Origin: Gammaproteobacteria bacterium
GTDB lineage: Bacteria > Pseudomonadota > Gammaproteobacteria > Ga0077536
Assembly (NCBI GenBank): GCA_963662545.2
Contig: CAXXLL010000003.1
Span: forward strand, 288,001 to 352,000
DNA: 64,000 nt
Reading direction: 5' to 3'
Shown: piece by piece, positions 38,946 through 47,575 of the stretch
Layout of the letters: every line of letters starts with the position of its first letter
Position numbering within the stretch: position 1 is the first letter of the stretch
The notes under the pieces: generated by a model
Seen by the model: only the letters and a program-made list of their open reading frames with translations
Database searches by the model: none
Told to the model about the DNA's origin: nothing
Program-made: the position numbers and the translations under genes

Positions 38946-40106
38946 TTAGGCTTCGTGACGCCGCACGCGCCGCTGGAACCATAGACCGAGTGCGGCGACG
39001 CCAAGACCGGCGACGATAAACGCGGCATCGTAACCGGGGCCGTCGATCATGTAGCCGAAGAGCGTAACGCCGACGCCCTGTCCGAGAAATAGCATGAAGA
39101 CCCACAGGGACACCGCGGTGCCCCGCGCTTCGGGCGACAACTCCGTCGCGTGCGTCTGCATGGTGTTGTGAAACGCGTAGAAGCCGAGCCCGGCGAACAG
39201 GAAGACCGGAATACAAAGCCACCAGAAAGGCACGACCGTCAGCAGCAAATAGCCGGTGGCGAGCAGGGCTGTGCCGCCCAGGATCATGCCGCGCTCACCG
39301 AGTACCCGCATGATGTGGACGACCGCGGCGATGTAGATCGCTCCGCCCATGCTGTATGCGGCGAGCACCAGGCCGATGGCGAGGTAATTCAAGGCATGCT
39401 CGTGGCGCAGATAGGCGCCGAAGTAGGCCAGTGCCCCGAAGATCAGGATGCCTTCCAGGGTCGCCGTGATGATGAGGTCGCGCGAGCGCCGTTCACGGAA
39501 AAGCTGAAGGTAGATCCCGAGCACCTCAGACATTCGGTGCGGCCGTTCATTGCGCGGCAGCGGGCGTCGGCCCGCCGTGAACCAGAGCGCGATCGATATC
39601 ACGATCGACAGGCTACCGAATAAAAAGAAAACGTCGCGCCAGTCAAAATACTCGGCTGCAATGCCGCCGAAGCATCCCCCCGCGATCTGGCCCGCGATGA
39701 TGCCGCTGATATAGCGCGCGATAACCGGCTGGCGTTCGGTATAAGGCACTTCGTCGGCGATGTAAGCCATGGAGAGCGGCACGGTCGCCGCCGTCGCCGC
39801 GCCCGTTAGGCAGCGCCACAGGGTCAGGCTTTCCAGCGAGGCGACAAAACCGCAGGCCATGATGAACACGGTCGAGACGCCGAGCGTCGCGGCGATGACG
39901 CGAAGTTTGCCGACCCGATCGCCGATCGGGCCGTAGAAGATCTGTAGCACGCCGTAGGGGATCGCAAAAGCGGTCACGATGATCCCCGCGCTGCCCACGC
40001 TTTGGCCGAATTCGGCCGCGATCAAAGGCAGCAGCGGGCCGGTTACGGTCATCACGGCGACAACGATGAAGCTCGCCGCGCTCAACAGATAAATGGTCGG
40101 ATTCAA
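38946..40106 (-). CDS. MFS transporter
   Basis: About 12 TM segments, motif A GPIGDRVGKLR. Confidence 0.9.
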   Translation of the reverse strand: MNPTIYLLSAASFIVVAVMTVTGPLLPLIAAEFGQSVGSAGIIVTAFAIPYGVLQIFYGPIGDRVGKLRVIAATLGVSTVFIMACGFVASLESLTLWRCLTGAATAATVPLSMAYIADEVPYTERQPVIARYISGIIAGQIAGGCFGGIAAEYFDWRDVFFLFGSLSIVISIALWFTAGRRPLPRNERPHRMSEVLGIYLQLFRERRSRDLIITATLEGILIFGALAYFGAYLRHEHALNYLAIGLVLAAYSMGGAIYIAAVVHIMRVLGERGMILGGTALLATGYLLLTVVPFWWLCIPVFLFAGLGFYAFHNTMQTHATELSPEARGTAVSLWVFMLFLGQGVGVTLFGYMIDGPGYDAAFIVAGLGVAALGLWFQRRVRRHEA

Positions 40107-40385
40107 GCCTGGGTGATCAATTCCGCGACTGGCGGAACCCCTAATGCCGGGAAAATTCGAAGATCATGAAAAGCGGCGACGTTAATGCTAATCGCGGCCC
40201 GTGTCCATGCCGCCCGTGGATCGGGCCGTGCGCCCCGGCCGTGGTTGAACCCATTCCCTCGAAGATGGAGCGCAAGCATAGAAATTCTTTAACATTTGTT
40301 TGAATCAGACCGACGCAAATCCGACGACAATCAATTAAAATCCACCGGCGAGCCAGGAGCAAGGCGATAGCAGCGGTAACGAGAG

Positions 40386-41234
40386 ATGGACAAACCGGCA
40401 GTCGAACGATTACTCGAAATCGGCTTCGAGCGAGCCGGCTATTGGGAATTGATCGATGACGAACCGCACGTCGAGGTTCAGCGTTATGCCAACGCCGCGA
40501 ACGTTCTCTACGCGTTCGTTTCCGATCGTGAGCTCCTCTACATCGGTCGATCAGGCCGCTCGCTGCAGCTCCGCATGAGCGGCTACCAGAACGGTGGGCC
40601 GCCCCGCTCCATGCGCGAACGCAACCGTGAGCGCATTATCGCCATGCTGATCATCGACCACCCGATCGAACTCTACGTCATGGCGGACCCGGGCAATCTC
40701 CACTATGGCTCGTTCCGCGTAAACCTGGCGGCGGGCCTGCAGTACAGCCTTATCGAAGCGCTGGCTCCCCCGTGGAACAAGGGCGCTTCCCGCCGCCGTA
40801 GTTCGCGCTCGAAATCCTCACGTTCGAAACCAGCCCGCTCACGATCGCCGAGCCGGGGTCCACGTACGTTTACCGACAGCGACGGGCAGGAGTACACCGA
40901 TCTGACCATAGACTGTCCGAGCTACCGCTTCCTGGTGGGGTACATCTATATGGACAAGGGATTCTTCAACGTGCCGATGTGTTATTCCCGGATGTTCGGT
41001 AAGGACCGCGAGCGCATCAAGATCCTGTGCGGCGTGGAAAAGGAGACCATCTACGGCCACATCGATCGCTCGATCAACACCAACGCGTCGCCGCGTGTGA
41101 TCGGCGGCAAACCGCTCAAGTCATGGTTTGAAAATAACGCCGGCATTAATCATCCGGTCGACATCGACATTCTGGCCCCGAATGCCGTATGGATCCGAAA
41201 TCCAGGGACGCGTGACTTTGTTCCGCCGCCTTGA
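40386..41234 (+). CDS. GIY-YIG-like domain protein with a C-terminal domain of unknown function
   Basis: VLYAF..LYIGRS..R..Y..PPWN; Arg/Ser-rich linker. Confidence 0.7.
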   Translation: MDKPAVERLLEIGFERAGYWELIDDEPHVEVQRYANAANVLYAFVSDRELLYIGRSGRSLQLRMSGYQNGGPPRSMRERNRERIIAMLIIDHPIELYVMADPGNLHYGSFRVNLAAGLQYSLIEALAPPWNKGASRRRSSRSKSSRSKPARSRSPSRGPRTFTDSDGQEYTDLTIDCPSYRFLVGYIYMDKGFFNVPMCYSRMFGKDRERIKILCGVEKETIYGHIDRSINTNASPRVIGGKPLKSWFENNAGINHPVDIDILAPNAVWIRNPGTRDFVPPP

Positions 41235-41308
41235 GATAACCCAGTCTGCACTACGATTCGAAGGCGCGCCGTGCACCGGGCCATCCGCTTGCATTAGACT
41301 GAAAAGCC

Positions 41309-42214
41309 ATGGATAAATCCCTTGACAAGCTTGCGGTGCTCTATGCTGACGTGTCGGGGAGTACGGCCTTATATGAGAAATTCGGCGACGAGATCGCGCG
41401 CGCCGACATGGCATCCTGCATCGAACTTCTTGCCGAGACGGCGGACGGCCTGTCCGGCGAAACGCTCAAGACCATCGGTGACGAGATCATGTGTGCCTTC
41501 GTCGAGCCCGTGAAAGCGGCGCTGTGCGCGACGGAAATGCAGGCGGGCCTCGCCAGGGCCGGCGAGGAAGGCCGCTTCAAGATGGGTATTCTGCATATTA
41601 AGATCGGCTGGCATTTCGGCGCAGTCGGTTGGCGCGGGGACGAGTTGACCGGCGAGGCGACCATCACCGCGCAACAGATCATCAACATGGCCAAGGCGGA
41701 TGAGATCCTGACCTCCAAGCAGAGCGTCGATGTGATTCCGACGCCGCTGTTTCCCGGCATCCATCCGATCGAGACCGTTCCAGCGGAAGCCTGGAGCGGT
41801 GATCTCGAGATCTGCAAGATGCCGTGGGAGGAATCGGGTGACGAAACCCAAATCAGCTCCAAGCCGCACATGCATGCCGTCTCGGCCGAAATCGCGCTGA
41901 TCCTGGAATATGCCGGGTCAAAGGTACGCGTCGATCCGCGCAATTCGAGCTGCAGTATCGGTCGCGGCAAGCATGCGGATCTGCAGGTCGATGGCAAGCT
42001 GACATCCCGCCAGCATGCAGAGATCACCTGCCGTCAGGGCCGCTTCAATATTCGCGACGAGAGCACCAACGGCACCTTCATCGTCGGCGACGACGGCGAG
42101 AGAAAGCACCTGCGGCGCGAGGAAGGTGTACTCGTCGGCACCGGAACGCTCGGTTTCGGTGCGCCCCCGGAAGAAGATCCGGGTGGCGCAGTACGGTTCA
42201 ACAGTGAGGGATAA
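41309..42214 (+). CDS. Class III nucleotide cyclase-like domain fused to FHA
   Basis: ADVSGST, KTIGDE; FHA motifs IGR, SRQHA, STNGTF. Confidence 0.88.
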   Translation: MDKSLDKLAVLYADVSGSTALYEKFGDEIARADMASCIELLAETADGLSGETLKTIGDEIMCAFVEPVKAALCATEMQAGLARAGEEGRFKMGILHIKIGWHFGAVGWRGDELTGEATITAQQIINMAKADEILTSKQSVDVIPTPLFPGIHPIETVPAEAWSGDLEICKMPWEESGDETQISSKPHMHAVSAEIALILEYAGSKVRVDPRNSSCSIGRGKHADLQVDGKLTSRQHAEITCRQGRFNIRDESTNGTFIVGDDGERKHLRREEGVLVGTGTLGFGAPPEEDPGGAVRFNSEG

Positions 42215-42221
42215 AACTCAA

Positions 42222-42239
42222 GGAACCTCTGAATAAGTC
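42222..42239 (+). repeat. Solo terminal repeat of MITE family A
   Basis: GGAACCTCTGAATAAGTC between convergent genes. Confidence 0.75.
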
Positions 42240-42245
42240 TATTGC

Positions 42246-43466
42246 TTATCTGGCGTTCAACACGACGCGCCACGCCGTCGCGACCGAGAAGCAAAAACAG
42301 AACGCGATGCCGTAAAAAACCTCAACGTAGAATCCGTAGTCCAGCATCTTGCCGAATACGAATGGTCCGACGGCGAGGCCGACATCGAGACCGGAGTAAA
42401 CCACACCGTAGACGCGCCCAGTCGCGCCGACCGGCGTCACGGACCGGATCAGCATATCTCGTGAGGGACCCGAGAGGCCGGAGCCGAAACCCATAAGCAC
42501 CATCAGGGCGAAGATATAAACGCCCGAGAAGATCTGCAGCCCCACAAGCACGGCGCCGACCGCCGATAAGCTCAGCGCAATGGTGATGTTCCGTTCCAGC
42601 GATCGTCCGCGCATCACGAGCCAACCCCCGGCGATCATACCGAGCGCACTCGACAGCATATAGATCGTAATGCTGAGCGCGGCCACCGTCACCGCCATGC
42701 CGTAGGCGTTCATGAAGATGGTCGGCGCGAAATTCTGCACACCGCCGAGCGCCGCGGAGATGAACAGGAAAAACGCGAAACACCACCAGGTAGAGGGATC
42801 GCGCAGGAAGCGGAAGGTCGATTTGCCCTGGCTGTCGCCGGACATCGCGGGATCCCCGCCGTTGCCCAGTTTGAGGGCCGTACGGTTGAACGCCAGGAGA
42901 GCAATCACGATTAGCGGCAAGGCGGCGGCGGCCAGCACGGCCGTGCGCCACCCGAACGGCGTAGCAATACCGACGAGAAAGACGGGGGCAAACGCCCAGC
43001 CCAGACTCCCCGACAAGCCATGCGCCGAATAGGCCGGCCCCAGCCGCGGGACGCTGATCCGGTGATTGATCAACCAGAAGTCGACCGGATGGAATACGGC
43101 GTTGCCGAGCCCCGCTAACGCCGCGCCAATGAGCAGCATGCTGTAATCGTCGCTCGAGGCCAGTACTGCCGCGCTGACCGACAGGCTCAAAAGGCCGGCG
43201 ATCAATGTTCGCACCGCGCCATATCGATCGACTATGAAGCCGGAAACGGCCTGAAAACCGCCTGAGACGACGAAAAACACCGTCATCAAGAATCCGAGCT
43301 GGGCGTAGCTGAAACCAAACTCGGCGCGCAGCCAAGGAAAGAGCGGCGCCAGGATAAGGTGAAAGAAGTGACTGACAAGGTGCGCACTGCCGACGAGGCC
43401 CATGATGCGGGCGTCCTCGCTCCAGGTCGCGGTTTTGATCCCGATGGCGTCTGCCCGGTCAGTCAT
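42246..43466 (-). CDS. MFS transporter (Fsr-like)
   Basis: AHLVSHFF, GFIVDRYG, GNAVFHP, GRVYG. Confidence 0.9.
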   Translation of the reverse strand: MTDRADAIGIKTATWSEDARIMGLVGSAHLVSHFFHLILAPLFPWLRAEFGFSYAQLGFLMTVFFVVSGGFQAVSGFIVDRYGAVRTLIAGLLSLSVSAAVLASSDDYSMLLIGAALAGLGNAVFHPVDFWLINHRISVPRLGPAYSAHGLSGSLGWAFAPVFLVGIATPFGWRTAVLAAAALPLIVIALLAFNRTALKLGNGGDPAMSGDSQGKSTFRFLRDPSTWWCFAFFLFISAALGGVQNFAPTIFMNAYGMAVTVAALSITIYMLSSALGMIAGGWLVMRGRSLERNITIALSLSAVGAVLVGLQIFSGVYIFALMVLMGFGSGLSGPSRDMLIRSVTPVGATGRVYGVVYSGLDVGLAVGPFVFGKMLDYGFYVEVFYGIAFCFCFSVATAWRVVLNAR

Positions 43467-43497
43467 GTCGAAATTGTTCCAACCCATCGGGGACTCT

Positions 43498-43521
43498 GTA
43501 GGAGCCCGATCGCCGGCGAAT
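43498..43521 (+). repeat. REP palindrome
   Basis: GTAGGAGCCCGATCGCCGGCGAAT. Confidence 0.7.
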
Positions 43522-43654
43522 AGAGCGCGCTTCCGCACTCGATATACAACGGGAGAATCAATCCACCGCGATCAGGCCTGCATTCCATGACCTCGAGTCC
43601 GATCACGCGCCGTGGCATTGATGCCCGGCGGGATGAATCGTTAATTGCGATGCT

Positions 43655-44071
43655 TCAGGAATCGCCCTCGACAACTTTCCGGCCATAAGCGGCGGTTTCA
43701 ACCAGCGCGGTGTCGAGATACTCGGCGACCTTGGTGATCTTACCGTCCTTTACGGTGAATACGAACACATATTCGTTGTCGTAGTCCTTACCGAAAATAG
43801 TCTTGGCTGAGCCGCTCGCAAGCGCCACCACGCGCTCGCCTTCGCCGATCAACTCGTCGGCCTTGACGACGAGATCGCCGTCAATTTGCTTTCGCCAAGG
43901 CACGAAGAATTCGTTCACCAGCTGATCGAGGCCGCGATAGACGCCAGAGACCGGGGTCGTGCCCTTGAGGTCGTAGACGATGTCGTCGGAAAAGAGCGCG
44001 AAAGCGGCCTGGGCATCGCCCACCGCGATGTGGTCAAACCACTGTTGCACGATTTTCTGCGTTTCGGTCAC
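43655..44071 (-). CDS. SnoaL/NTF2-family (ketosteroid isomerase-like) protein
   Basis: SGVYRG, GERVV, YDNEY.FVF..DGKI..EYLDT. Confidence 0.88.
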   Translation of the reverse strand: MTETQKIVQQWFDHIAVGDAQAAFALFSDDIVYDLKGTTPVSGVYRGLDQLVNEFFVPWRKQIDGDLVVKADELIGEGERVVALASGSAKTIFGKDYDNEYVFVFTVKDGKITKVAEYLDTALVETAAYGRKVVEGDS

Positions 44072-44187
44072 GATGCCAACCCCTGCACGGCCTTAGCCAA
44101 AAAAATAGGAACGCACCATAACCCGGAGCGCGGCCTGGATCCATGAACGCATTCGAGGATCTGAATCGGAGGAGACGATGACCGGCT

Positions 44188-44268
44188 GTTCGCCCGCAAG
44201 CGGGCTCCGACGGCGTCCCCGATAGATCGGCGAAATCTCGATTAGTAGGAGCCCGCTTGCGGGCGAAT
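44188..44268. repeat. REP doublet (REPIN-like inverted pair)
   Basis: GTTCGCCCGCAAGCGGGCTCCGAC ... GTAGGAGCCCGCTTGCGGGCGAAT. Confidence 0.82.
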
Positions 44269-44381
44269 TGAGCACCACTCCCTACTCCAAATTCAACGGG
44301 TGGATCACTCACATGCCGCCAACCCCGCAACCAATTACGCATTACCATAGTGATGAATCCCAACACCAAACGGAGCACCGA

Positions 44382-45380
44382 ATGAAGGCCATTCTGAGCA
44401 AAGCCCCTGGCGGACCGGAAACCTTGACCCTCGAGAACGTTAACGCCGCCGAACCCGGCAACGGCGAAGTCCGTATTCGCGTGCGCGCCTGCGGCGTCAA
44501 TTATCCGGATACGCTCATGATCGAGGACAAGTACCAGTTCCGGCCGGATCGGCCGTTCTCTCCAGGCGGCGAGGTGTCCGGTGAAATCGACGCGGTAGGC
44601 GAAGGCGTCACGGGATTCGCGCCGGGCGATACCGTCATCGCGCTCGTCGGTTGGGGCGGTATGGCGGAATACGTCGTCACGCCGGCGAGCAAATGCGCGC
44701 CCATGCCGGACGGCATGCCCTTCGATCAGGCCGCCGCTTTCATCTTTACCTATGGCACGACCTATCACGCTCTCAAGCAGCGCGCGGCATTAAAAGCGGG
44801 CGAGACCCTATTAGTACTGGGCGCCGCGGGCGGCGTCGGCCTCTCTGCGGTCGAACTCGGACGCGCCATGGGCGCGCGCGTCGTCGCGGCCGCCTCCAGT
44901 GATGAGAAAGTCGAGTTAGCCAAGGCACACGGCGCGTCGGTAGGTATCGTCTACGAACGCGGGCCGTTCGATAAGGACGGCACCAAGGCGTTATCCGCGC
45001 AGTTCAAAGAAGCGACCGCGCCCGACGGTGCGAACGTCATCTACGACGCCGTGGGCGGCGATTACGCCCAAGCCGCACTGCGGGCGATCGCCTGGCAGGG
45101 CCGCTTCCTCGTGGTCGGTTTTCCCGCCGGGATCCCCAGCATCCCGCTCAACCTGGTGCTGCTCAAGGGGTGCCAGATCGTCGGCGTCTTCTGGGGCTCG
45201 TTTACCGACCGCGAAGCCGAGACGAACCGTGACAACAACCGCGAACTGATGGCACTCTACGCATCCGGCAAGATCAGGCCGCATGTGTCGAAGCGTTATC
45301 CGCTGGCCGAGGCCGGCCAGGGGATCAGCGACCTGGCGGAACGGCGGGCGCTGGGGAAGATCGTCGTGATGCTCGATTGA
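44382..45380 (+). CDS. NADPH:quinone oxidoreductase (zeta-crystallin/MDR family)
   Basis: GVNYPD, PFSPGGE, GAAGGVG, YDAVGG, GKIVV. Confidence 0.93.
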   Translation: MKAILSKAPGGPETLTLENVNAAEPGNGEVRIRVRACGVNYPDTLMIEDKYQFRPDRPFSPGGEVSGEIDAVGEGVTGFAPGDTVIALVGWGGMAEYVVTPASKCAPMPDGMPFDQAAAFIFTYGTTYHALKQRAALKAGETLLVLGAAGGVGLSAVELGRAMGARVVAAASSDEKVELAKAHGASVGIVYERGPFDKDGTKALSAQFKEATAPDGANVIYDAVGGDYAQAALRAIAWQGRFLVVGFPAGIPSIPLNLVLLKGCQIVGVFWGSFTDREAETNRDNNRELMALYASGKIRPHVSKRYPLAEAGQGISDLAERRALGKIVVMLD

Positions 45381-45403
45381 AGTGTAAAAGGTAAGGGCGC
45401 ATC

Positions 45404-45432
45404 TTGACACGACCACGCGAGATGCCTATAAA
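45404..45432 (+). promoter_or_regulatory. Sigma70-type promoter
   Basis: TTGACA-N17-TATAAA directly upstream of the riboswitch. Confidence 0.75.
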
Positions 45433-45439
45433 CGTGAAT

Positions 45440-45491
45440 AGCGCCGATTTGATCATCAGCTTGCGGGCGCGTTAGAAGTACGGCTAAAGCG
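45440..45491 (+). ncRNA. SAM-II riboswitch aptamer
   Basis: GCGCC-GAUUUG...UUGC-GGGCGC...GCUAAAG pseudoknot pattern upstream of a Met/Cys PLP enzyme. Confidence 0.82.
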
Positions 45492-45498
45492 ACAACTT

Positions 45499-45532
45499 AA
45501 AACCCGCTGTGGCCGTGCCGAGCGGGTTTTTT
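45499..45532 (+). terminator. Intrinsic terminator (riboswitch expression platform)
   Basis: AAAACCCGCT...AGCGGGTTTTTT, 16 nt before the ATG. Confidence 0.8.
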
Positions 45533-45548
45533 CGTTTGGAGTCTCACC

Positions 45549-46781
45549 ATGAAAGCGACAGGATTCACCACCACAATCATACACGCGGATCGCCAGGACG
45601 GGATCGAGCACGGCTCGCTACACAAACCGGTACATCACTCAGTCGCGTTCGGCTATGAGGACGCTCAAGATCTGGCCGCTGTCTTTCAAGGCCGTAACGC
45701 CGGCTACTCCTACGGACGGCAGGTGAATCCGACGGTCAACGCGCTTGAGCGGAAACTGACGAAGATGGAACGCAGTGTCGCCTCGGTCGCTTTTGCCACC
45801 GGCATGGGTGCGATCGGTACGGCGCTGTTCGCGCTGCTGCGAAACGGCGATCACTTCATCTCGAGCTCTTTCTTGTTTGGCAATACGAACAGCCTCTTCA
45901 ACACGTTTGCCACACACGGCATCGACGTCACTTTTGTCGATGCTACCGATGTGGAGAACGTGCGTGCTGCCATCCAGGAGAACACCAGGTTGGTATTCGT
46001 GGAGACGATCGCCAATCCGCGCACGCAGGTCGGCGACCTAGAACTCATCGGCGTTTTGTGTAGCGAGCATAGTCTCGTGTACTTCGTCGATAATACGATG
46101 ACGACCCCTTATCTGTTCCAGCCTATTGATGTCGGCGCGAGTTTAATCATCACCTCACTCACTAAGTACGTCGGCGGCCACGGTAACGCGCTGGGCGGAA
46201 TGCTCACCAACACGGGGCTGTTCGACTGGTCGAACTTTGAGAACATCCACGACGCCTATAAGAAAGGCGATCGGGCAACCTGGGGGCTCACGCAGATTCG
46301 CAAAAAGGGTCTTCGTGACTTCGGTGCATCGCTTGGGCCGGACGCTGCTCATCAGCTTGCGCTCGGGGCGGAGACACTCGCGCTGCGCATGGAACGCGCA
46401 TGCAGCAATGCTCAAGCGTTGGCGGAATTCCTCAATGGCCAAGATGCGGTGAAGAAAGTCTACTATCCAGGTCTCGAGGATCATCCGCAATATCCACTGT
46501 GCCGCAAACTATTCCGCTACCCCGGCGCGCTGCTCTCGTTCGAACTGCGGGACGATATTGATTGCTTTTCCTTTATGAACCGTCTGGACCTGACCGTACT
46601 ATCGAGCAACCTTGGTGACAACCGCACTTTGGCGATTCCTGTCGCGCACACGATTTATTACGAAATGGGTCTTGAGCGACGTGCCAGCATGGGCATAGAC
46701 GAGTCGCTTATCCGCATCTCTGTCGGTATCGAAGACCCCGAAGATCTGCTCGATGACTACCAGCAGGCGCTCTCTCTATGA
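45549..46781 (+). CDS. Cystathionine gamma-synthase / O-acylhomoserine sulfhydrylase family PLP enzyme
   Basis: YGRQVNPT, ETIANP, VDNT, SLTKYVGGHG (PLP Lys), RISVGIED. Confidence 0.92.
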   Translation: MKATGFTTTIIHADRQDGIEHGSLHKPVHHSVAFGYEDAQDLAAVFQGRNAGYSYGRQVNPTVNALERKLTKMERSVASVAFATGMGAIGTALFALLRNGDHFISSSFLFGNTNSLFNTFATHGIDVTFVDATDVENVRAAIQENTRLVFVETIANPRTQVGDLELIGVLCSEHSLVYFVDNTMTTPYLFQPIDVGASLIITSLTKYVGGHGNALGGMLTNTGLFDWSNFENIHDAYKKGDRATWGLTQIRKKGLRDFGASLGPDAAHQLALGAETLALRMERACSNAQALAEFLNGQDAVKKVYYPGLEDHPQYPLCRKLFRYPGALLSFELRDDIDCFSFMNRLDLTVLSSNLGDNRTLAIPVAHTIYYEMGLERRASMGIDESLIRISVGIEDPEDLLDDYQQALSL

Positions 46782-46995
46782 CCGGTACGGCAGTTTCGCT
46801 TGCAGTCGCAAACCGCCTACCCGCGGCAGTGCAGCACTCTTACAGATAGCGAACCCTGATCTCGCGAACTCTGATTGCATCGGAAGGTGCGTATGCGACG
46901 GCACTTGTCAGACCATCTTGAATCCAAGCGGTCAGTCTGTAAGAACGATTCCAAGTTTTTACAAATGAAGTGCTCGCTTGTGGGCGAATAAACCC

Positions 46996-47445
46996 TCATT
47001 GAGCCGGTGCCAAAATCTCCGGGATCTCCTCCAGATGCAGCGCATGAAACCGCCGTAACTGAAACTTCCACGCGTCACCGACCTTGATGTACTCGTCCTC
47101 GTAGAAGCCCGCGCCCTGCCAGCCCATGTCGTTGCGAGCACTGCGCAAGTCGAGGCAGCAGCGCCCCGAGGCACGATCGGGACCGGTCAGCTCGATGACA
47201 TGATTGTGGATGAAGGGCCGCGGCATAATGTGGGCGGCTTTGCGGTATAGATCATTGCGTGCGTCACGCCCCGCGAACGTCCGCTCGCCCGCCGCCGTGA
47301 TCACGACGAACACGCCGTCCTCGGTAAACAGATCGATCAGGCCGTCGAAATCATCCCGCCACACACAGTCGCAGTAGCGCAGCGGCAGATCGCGGATCGC
47401 TTCGCGCGCCAGTAATCCTTCGAGTCGTTCTTCCAGGGTCGCCAT
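46996..47445 (-). CDS. SnoaL-like/NTF2 family protein
   Basis: LLAREAIRDL..RY, LFTEDG, HNHVI, YEDEY..WKF. Confidence 0.85.
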   Translation of the reverse strand: MATLEERLEGLLAREAIRDLPLRYCDCVWRDDFDGLIDLFTEDGVFVVITAAGERTFAGRDARNDLYRKAAHIMPRPFIHNHVIELTGPDRASGRCCLDLRSARNDMGWQGAGFYEDEYIKVGDAWKFQLRRFHALHLEEIPEILAPAQ

Positions 47446-47575
47446 GGGTTTCTCCCTTCTTACATCCGGCTCAGTATACGGTGCCCGGGAAGCTTAGAAA
47501 TACTACGGCGAGCCATACGACCTCACCGAATTCTGCAATAATCTCATCCTTCATTCGCCCAAGGGAGAGAACACT

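Noticed and set aside
46838-46944. TCTTACAGA...TCTGTAAGA inverted repeat suggesting a third MITE
   Set aside because: Only 9 bp, single copy, no target duplication
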